Positions 55,968-64,000 of a stretch of 64,000 nt of DNA are shown here, piece after piece. Below the pieces are notes generated by a model. It was not told the origin of the DNA, did not search any database, and worked only from the letters and a program-made list of their open reading frames with translations. Location: positions 158,348,001 through 158,412,000 of the forward strand of contig NC_043000.1 of the NCBI RefSeq assembly GCF_006345805.1, written 5' to 3'. Positions within the stretch are counted from its first letter, which is position 1; each line of letters begins with the position of its first letter. This DNA is from Octopus sinensis (Eukaryota). The translations under genes were made by a program, and so were the position numbers.

Positions 55968-56479
55968 TATGATCCATTTGTTGTCAATGTCAGTTGATAT
56001 CAGGCTTTGGGCATCTCATAGGTTTCCATGAACATGCACAGGCGGGGTTAGTGATTTTCCTTGACGGTAAACAGTGTTGGATGCTGAATATCAAACAAAT
56101 TTTTTCACTCTTGTCTATTTATCAGATTTATCGTTCTGTTAGAGCAAAGACCGGGAAGGGCATTTGAAATATAGTATGCCTTCAAGCGCTCACTCTTCTC
56201 TTTTCAATTTGGCGATCTAGCGTTCTCGGAAGAATTGATATCAGGGAAAAGCAACCTCACCCTCGGGATAAATGTTCGTGTCAATGACAATAAACAGCTA
56301 TTTTATTTCATTGCCTGAGTCCCAAATTTTGTCTACAGATGTTACTCTCTATTCGTGCAGGAAAAAGTTAAGAAAAATGCTCTGAAAATAACTACTTTGA
56401 TGGAGATATCCGATTAAATCAATGATATTTCTACTACATAATACAAAAAGGACACCAAAGATATTCATCATTTGCATAG

Positions 56480-57040
56480 TAAGTAATTCAAATACGTCGC
56501 AGATTTGAACAATCCACTGGGCTTTTGGGTCGAGACACAACGGTAATTTCCATAAACCTCTTTCCGGAGCCTGTTATTTGGAGACAGTGTGGATTTGCGG
56601 GTTTTAGACATAATATTGCAGAATTATGCCACGCATATGCTGTCGTGTTTAGGGAACAACTGCCCTATAGGATGGTATATTGCGAAAATCGTACCGCAGT
56701 CTCCCTTGGGTCATAAAGAGCTGGCAGTTTTTGTATATATATGTCTGATGACATTGGTGAAAGGAGTTGCACGCTGGAATAAATCGAAATGGTTGAAGTC
56801 AGACCTATTCCTCTTTGCCAAAATTGTCTTTAATTATTTTTAAAAGATTCATTTGGAAACGAAAATTAGGAGAGCGAAGGAAATGCTGTTTCCCAGCAAA
56901 GTTGGATGGAAGGAGAGCATAGCCCAAATAGACGGCCTGGCCGAATATGTGTCAGCAGATCGACGCACGACGACTGGAAAGGAGTAGTTGACTTATTGAT
57001 GAGAAGTACAGTAATTTTGTAATATTCCCACGTGTAGCCC
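56480..57040 (+). mobile_element. L1/Tx1-like LINE C-terminal remnant
   Basis: Frameshifted region resembling the post-RT C..C...ET..H...C..LW region followed by F.HL..KIRR.K..LF...W. Confidence 0.4.
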
Positions 57041-57139
57041 TTCTAGATATACCGAATTCTTCGAATTTGCATTCCCTTGATACTCTACATATTTTTTCGT
57101 TTCCCTTTCATTTTACACGTCAATTTTTTCTATAATCAT

Positions 57140-57540
57140 CTTCCTATAAAAACAATAGCAACACTTCCACCACCCACCACACCCTCTACCACCACCACCA
57201 CCACCACCACCACCACCACCTCCACCACCAGCACCACCACTACCACCACCACTAACAACAACAACATCAGCAGCAGTAATAATAATAATAGTAATAATGA
57301 CAACAATAATAATAACAACAATAATGATAATAATAATAATAATAATAACAACAACAATAACAGTAGTAGTAGTAGTAGTAGTATAGTAGTAGTAGTAGTA
57401 GTAGTAATAATAATAATAATAATAATACGAAGAATAAGAAGAGGAAGAAGAAGGAGAAGAAGGAGAAGAAGAAGAAGAAGAAGAAGAAGAAGAAAGAAGA
57501 AGAAGAAGAAAAGAAGAAGAGCAACAAAAACTATAATAAT
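57140..57540. repeat. Compound trinucleotide array (CCA/CAA/AAT/AGT/AGA)
   Basis: Seen directly; source of the 283-aa pseudo-ORF 57077..57928. Confidence 0.95.
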
Positions 57541-57827
57541 AAGGATCCTTTTTATCACCGGCACAAGATCTGACAATTTGACGGAGCGTGCTTATGGCAA
57601 AAATAAGAAAAAATACAGCTGCAAAATAAGCAGGAACAGCAGCAGAGTAACAACAAAAAGAGTGGAAGTATCAGCAGCAATATCTATCACACTCGCAGCC
57701 AACACAGGTAAAATATCCACCAAATTCACAAACACCGACAGTCAGAATACAACCACCATTTTGAAAATGATGATAATAAACTCAGTAATAAACACAAGTA
57801 AAAGAAGGTCTAAACGGTCACATACAC

Positions 57828-58026
57828 CTCTCTTTTTTCTCTTTTACTTGTTTCAGTCATTTGACTGCGGTCATGCTGGAGCACCGCCTTTAGTCGAGCA
57901 AATCGACCCCGGGACTTATTCTTTGTAAGCCCAGAACTTATTCTATCGGTCTCTTTTGCCGGGGACATAAACACACCAGCATCGGTTGTCAAGCAATGCT
58001 AGGAGGACAAACACAAACACACACAC

Positions 58027-58100
<74 letters not shown>

Positions 58101-58266
58101 CACGACAGGCCTCTTTCAGTTTCCGTCTACCAAATCCACTCACAAGGCATTGGTCGGCCCGGGTCTATAGCAGAAGACACATACCCAAGATGCCACGCAG
58201 TGGGACTGAACCCGGAACCATGTGGTTGGTTAGCAAGCTACTTACCACACAGCCACTCCTGCGCCT
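57828..58266 (-). mobile_element. SINE family 3 (CORE-like), near full length
   Basis: Closely matches 55553-55967, with a short internal deletion (lacks aaccgctaagtgac) and a longer (TA)n. Confidence 0.9.
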
Positions 58267-58814
58267 AAATATATTCATCAGAAGCAATGTCTACATTACA
58301 TTATGTAATAACAAATTACCACATGTAAAACATCGTTCACACATTGCAAAACAGATTCGGCCTTTAAAATTCTAAATTCCCCAATTGTGTATATAACTCA
58401 GAGGAAATATGAAAAACCTGTAAAGAGAGCAGGTGGTGGAAACAGTAATGAGCAGACAGATGGCGCGATGAAAAGTTTTGAATTTAAGAGTAACGAAGAA
58501 AATACAAACAATATGCACATATACTATATTTTCTATTCATTACAAATATCCTACATAGATTTTATTCATTTGTAATCATATATAGTGCAATTTCATCCTT
58601 ATTTAAAACTCTCAGCAGGATACATCTCCACTACTATCCGCACCACATATACACATTGTTTAGCGATTAAAAGGTGTTTTAAGAGAAGCATAGGTTATGC
58701 ATTACTTTTAGTGTTTGTCATTGGAACAATTTTGATTTTACATAGTTTAGATATAATCGTTGTTTGAAAATAATTTGTTATATATTCTCATATATCAGAA
58801 AATGCAATTCTTTG

Positions 58815-58915
58815 ATCTTTTACTTGTTTTTGTCATATGACTACAACCATGCTAGAACACAGTTTTATGGAATTTTAGTCGAACGAATCGACTCCGAAAC
58901 TTATTTGTATATTTG
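58815..58915 (-). mobile_element. SINE family 3, degenerate 3' fragment
   Basis: cttttacttgtttttgtcatatgactacaaccatgctagaacac..ttagtcgaacgaatcgactccgaaacttatt. Confidence 0.6.
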
Positions 58916-60235
58916 TTTTTAAGCGGTTGTCGGGTACAAATACAAAGAACACAGACACGCACACACATACACACACACACACACGTACACACACACGAAC
59001 ATACGCACTATTCTATTACATCTTGAAATCAGTCTAATATTAAGTCGTTCGTACACTTTTATGATTCTTGTGATTATCGATGAACATGAGAGAGAGCGAG
59101 GGAGAGAGATTGAGTAATAGTGAGAGAATGAGAGAGAGAGAGAGAGAGACAGAGAGACTGATACACATATTTTTAACCGATCTATGTGTACACGTGTGAC
59201 CTGATGTGTTTATTTTCACTCGTTCCCAAACACCAGTTACAAATCATTCCTCTTCATTGCATATCATTTTCCTTCTAAATGATTATGCTAATTTAAGCGA
59301 ACTACATCGCAAATAATCTATTTTCTTCATTTCTCGTCAAACTCTCAGTATTTTATGCCCGAGTTGGCAATTATTAAGCGTGTGCATGTTGCGATAATTG
59401 CATGAATTCCATCAACCTAAATGAACATTTTAAATCACTTCCACTACTTTACAAACACATGATTATTCACACCAAAAATGGAACTACTCATAACTTGAAC
59501 CTCTTGACCTGCTAGAAATGACAAATATCGCCCAAACGATAACCTTCCGCCTAAATACAGACATTGCGTAATACACTAATGCTCAATAGAATATGAAGTG
59601 AACACTGAATGACATGTTTTTGAAGTAGAAATGCTTTATCAAAACTGACCTGGGTATAAATAACAGTATAAACAAAGATGGAGTCCATAAAAATAACAGC
59701 ATTTATTCAATGTATGTCTTATAATTTCTATAATTTGCAAAGTATATTTTCGCTTATCTCGAAGTAACATTTAGAAGAAATGAAAGTGCAGGCTTAGTCA
59801 ATTCTCACCTCTACATATTGGGGTGTAGAGAGCGGTCTTTATCTCGTCGGAAAATTGTTATATCTACAAAATTAGATGTAAGGGTCATGTAATGATTTTC
59901 AGCCATATACCATTTTTTTAATAATGTAATCGATCAAAGTTGATATCAGGGATGATTAAGGAAAAATTAAACTCACAAACTGAATTTGGATTAAGTATCG
60001 TTTCAATCGGATTCCGACCTAAAACATATCTTTGGGCCACTAAGACATTGCACTTCTCTAAATTATATGTGTTTCCGAAACTAATTAAAAGAACTCCATT
60101 TATTTCACATAATTAATCAGTAATTTGGTGTTTGTTGTGCTCGGAGGAATGTTTTCTATTTAGTCAAACTCTGTAAATTTTCTCTTTCATCTCCCAAGTA
60201 TTGGGCTGAACTCCAACATCCACTTATATTTCTTA

Positions 60236-60329
<94 letters not shown>

Positions 60330-60769
60330 GTATGTATATATATATATATAGAGAGAGAGAGAAGAGAGAGAGAAAGAGAGAGATTCAAATAAAGAAAATC
60401 TGGAATACTGTGGAATGTTGGTGAATAGGTTTTTTGGAAAATCGGGGAAAATATACCTATGAAATAAAAGTAACCGGCAACCGCTACACTCAATCTAACT
60501 CTGTACGCCTCAGTTTGAAGATGAACGCTCTTTACTATTTAACTAGGCACCTCCTAACGTGAAGCGCATTCTTTTATAGCACCAAAGAATAGATTTTGGA
60601 ATGTGAGGACATTTCTAAAAATATCAACTCACTTCATGCTCCAATGTTTCTTAAATTATATTCTATAGTGGTATTACACCCTCATTTTCTGAAACTATTC
60701 CCACAGTTATCTTCCTATTTTTCGAGATACCCATCATTTCTAAAATATACTTACTCGCTTAATGTTTCA

Positions 60770-60945
60770 GTGATTGTGGAAAGAAGTTTGTTTCTCATTC
60801 ATACGGCCCGGGGTCCATTCTCACTGCGTAGCATTTGGAGCAGGTGTTTTCACCTGGAGCCTCGGGCCGACCAAAGCCTTGTGAGTAGATTTGGTAGACG
60901 GAAACAGAAACAAGCCCGTCGTATACACACACACACACATATATA
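60770..60945 (+). mobile_element. SINE family 3, 5' half
   Basis: cactgcgtagcatttggagcaggtg..gcctcgggccgaccaaagccttgtgagtagatttggtagacggaaac..aagcccgtcgtatacacac. Confidence 0.8.
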
Positions 60946-60954
60946 AACATGGAA

Positions 60955-62040
60955 TTTGGGGGACTTATGTTTTGCGCAGAGAATTAAGTGCCCACTGAGT
61001 GATATCTGCCTTGTAGTGGGGCCCAGCAATTGCTGATGTTAAACTGTCAACTTGTCTCTTGGGGTAAGATTAGTTTGCGGTACGTAATCTTTGTGGCACC
61101 CTTTACACCTAAAGACATAAATTAAATCATTTGATGCGCATGTGAAGTTATTTTTTATGACAAAAGTGTATCCTGGTTGAAATTTATACATTGTACTTTC
61201 AATGAGGTGAATGCAAATCCTGCAATTAGATCGACCATATTTTCTGATGATTGGTTCTTGGCTTGTGGTGGGTAATTTTGCATTGGTTTGTGAGGATTTA
61301 GTATTTTTATTACTTTATGAATTTCGAGTGAGATTTTTAATTGTGGGTCTTGACACAGTAGTGGGATGTTCTTGTGTATAATAGTGTACGCTTCTGTATT
61401 TCTTGAGCTGTGTGTTGAGAAATATGGAAGGCGATTAAGCGTACCTTGAGAGAGTTCGGATTTTTAAATCTTGGATGTCGATTGCCTTTCTTCTGTTATC
61501 AATTAATGATGATAGGTACTGTCTTTCGAGAAGAGTTCCCTTTAACTTTTGGATTCATTTGCCCCGCGTTTCATAATTGGAGGTAACTGTACAAATACTT
61601 TTTGCTACATTACAAGGAATGTTTGTCTTCTTGTGCTTTGGCTGATTGCAGGTGCATAGAAGATATTGTTTGGAATCAGTCGGTGGCAATCAGCTTCAAT
61701 GTGTGCGTAGGTTTTATGATTAAGATGTCTATAAATGAGAATTGGTCTATATTCCATTGCGCATTGGATATGATTGTTGATGCTGTTAATTAGGTTTTTG
61801 ATGTCATTTAGTTCGTCGAATAAGTGAAAACATACAATGAGACAGTCATCCAAGTGGCGCTTCCAATTCTCTAACACGTACTTGTAACACGTACAGCCAA
61901 ATGCAAGACGTTTAGAAGCCATATCCGAGAACATATTCTATCTTCTTGTCCAAGACTTTATTGCTTGATCGGGACATATTCATGTAAACTAATTCTTATG
62001 ATTATAAAAAAAAATTAATTACACAAAACCTAACACTTTA
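60955..62040 (-). mobile_element. Penelope-like element remnant (RT plus GIY-YIG endonuclease)
   Basis: Minus strand NWKRHLDDCLI (YLDD box)..LINSINNHIQCAMEY, then NFTCASNDLIYVFRCKGCHKDYVPQT (GIY-YIG region of PLEs). Confidence 0.8.
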
Positions 62041-62099
62041 ATTTTGAAACACTTTTTAAGTAAGTGAAACCGGTAAAGTTACTAAATACTTTTGATAAA

Positions 62100-62179
62100 C
62101 GTATGCGTTTTCAGATTCGTTTCCTTCTATATAGACACACACACAGACACACACACACACACACCACACACACACACAC

Positions 62180-62260
<81 letters not shown>
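62100..62260. repeat. (CA)n/(TA)n compound microsatellite
   Basis: Seen directly. Confidence 0.9.
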
Positions 62261-62261
<1 letters not shown>

Positions 62262-62799
62262 GAAGGTTTGGAGATGATGTACAGGTATTATATATTAGAA
62301 AAAATGAGGTAATCAGATCAGATGGTTCATATTTGTAGATATTTATTTATATATTACATTTTTTACATATATATCATATCATATCATTCGGATTAGCGCT
62401 TTCTCCCATTCTAGTGGGCTTTTCAAATCAAATCAGTTGTGGGGAGTTTGAACATTTTATAGTTTCGTAGTAGTCGGTGAGGAGGAAGTGAGACAGAGAA
62501 AACATGTGTGTATGTGTATGTGTGTGTGTGTGTATATATGTGTGTGTGCGTGTGTGTGTGTGTGTGTGTGCGCGTTTATATCTGAGAGTGAAGAAGTGTT
62601 ATTTCCGTTGGTCTGCTGGACCTCCTGTGGTTTTATAAGAACTTTGGCCGTCCATTTTGATGTCACTGAGTGTGTGTTGTGCGTAGGTTGGCCTGGCAAA
62701 TGTCATATATATATATACACAGATAAACATATATAAATATATAAATCTTTAAATTGTTTCAGCTCTAAAGCTGCGGTCATGCCGAGGCACCACCTTTGA

Positions 62800-63265
62800 C
62801 TGTGCTACACCATTACTTGAAACCTCCTCTGATATGTGGCATTTGGTGAATGAGGAAATTTGATGCCTCTGCCCTCTTCTGTGTTTCTTGCCGTGAGGTA
62901 AGCTCGTCTGGAACCATGACAGAAGGTGATCCAGTTTTGTTTTGAAGACACCTACAATCACACCATGCATGTCTCTCAAGCATTTTGGAAGGATACTGAA
63001 GAGCTGTTGGCCGTTGAAATTGAAACTTTTGCACTATATGGTCCTGTATTTTGATGGAGATGCTAGGAGCTTTGGCATTATGCAGTGAAGTCCCGTACTT
63101 TTGTGTAACTTTTAACGTCAAAGTTTGGTATAAGGCCATCCAGTATTTCCCAGGTGCTTATCACTGAATATCTTTCCCCCCTTCGTCCTAGGGAGAAGAA
63201 TTTTAATTCTTTCAGTCTTTCCCATTAGCTGGTACATTGCATTGAGGCGATTTTCTTTCTGTAGC
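62800..63265 (-). mobile_element. CR1-group LINE 3' end remnant
   Basis: Motifs across frames: LRDMHGVIVGVFKTKLDHLLS and VPDELTSRQETQKRAEASNFLIHQM, resembling the C-terminal FK.KLD.FL..VPD.P tail of CR1-like LINEs. Confidence 0.65.
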
Positions 63266-64000
63266 TTAGATGCTTATAGAGTGCAAAAGAGAGAAAGAGA
63301 GAGGAAGGGAGGGAGAGAGAGAGACAGACAGAGACAGGGAAGGGAGAGAGACAGACAGACAGACAGTGACGGAGGAGAGAGAAACAGACAGAGAGAATAA
63401 CGCACGTTACTTATTTGTCTTATGTCAAAAACAATTTCTTAGTTTAAACTCTGCATCTATGTTCTTTTCTTGTTACACCAGTCACCTTGGTCCGACTTAT
63501 TTACTTTCATTCGTAAACTCTTTTCACATCCCGTGAGAATTGTCTACATTTTGTTTCGATTGAACATTGGTGGTTTCCAGACGAACAATGACAAATGCTT
63601 CAAAAAACTGAAGTCGTGATATTACTGAATAAAATTGGATCGATGAAACTCTTTCATTTCCTATAACTGGCTTACGTAGTTTTCGGTATTACTTTTATTT
63701 GTACGTATAAACATAAAAATCAAAATTAAATTTTGGCTTCCTTGTATTCTTTTCTCCAATATGTAGATATGAGAATTTATTAAACCTGACATCTTATTTT
63801 CTAATAGGACTTCAAGATAATGAAATTATACCTTGAACAATATAAGATTTGTAAAGACGTTCATTAAATACATGTTATAGCCGTCGAGGACTTAAAAGCA
63901 GTCAGATTTTTAAGCAACAGGTGAAGGCTGATAAAGTATTCTTAGTTTAAAGACTTATCTTAAATTGTTTGCTTCATATTTAATTGCGCAATACTGCACT

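Noticed and set aside
57077-57928. 283-aa ORF, the longest in the track (likewise 46143..46724 and 47648..48279)
   Set aside because: Homopolymeric runs from compound trinucleotide repeats, ending inside a SINE.
59809-59863. Exon-like segment with good acceptor and GAG|GTGAGA donor on the minus strand
   Set aside because: Stops in all three frames; shows that such splice-signal pairs arise by chance here.

Overview
AT-rich, intron/intergenic-like eukaryotic DNA. The microsatellite load and SINE/LINE families suggest an octopod cephalopod (inference from repeat content, not from a database search). No host protein-coding gene, tRNA/rRNA gene or CRISPR array could be recognised with confidence, and almost all long ORFs in the track come from microsatellites or transposon debris. 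The window is mostly decayed mobile elements: a nested R4/Dong-like LINE > Mag-type Gypsy LTR element (5' LTR, tRNA-Ser PBS, gag-pol remnants) > SINE complex at 4-9 kb; Tc1 and mariner remnants; RTE, CR1-like, L1/Tx1-like and Penelope-like remnants; three tRNA-derived SINE families that share or swap modules; and a ~550-bp non-coding interspersed element in two copies. The most interesting structures are a ~500-bp diverged palindrome built from microsatellites, a 1-kb tandem duplication carrying two Penelope-type minimal hammerhead-like motifs, a microsatellite-only insertion flanked by a 16-bp target-site duplication, SINE tail swapping, and weak signs (splice signals, a YY1/CpG patch) of a long-intron minus-strand transcript.
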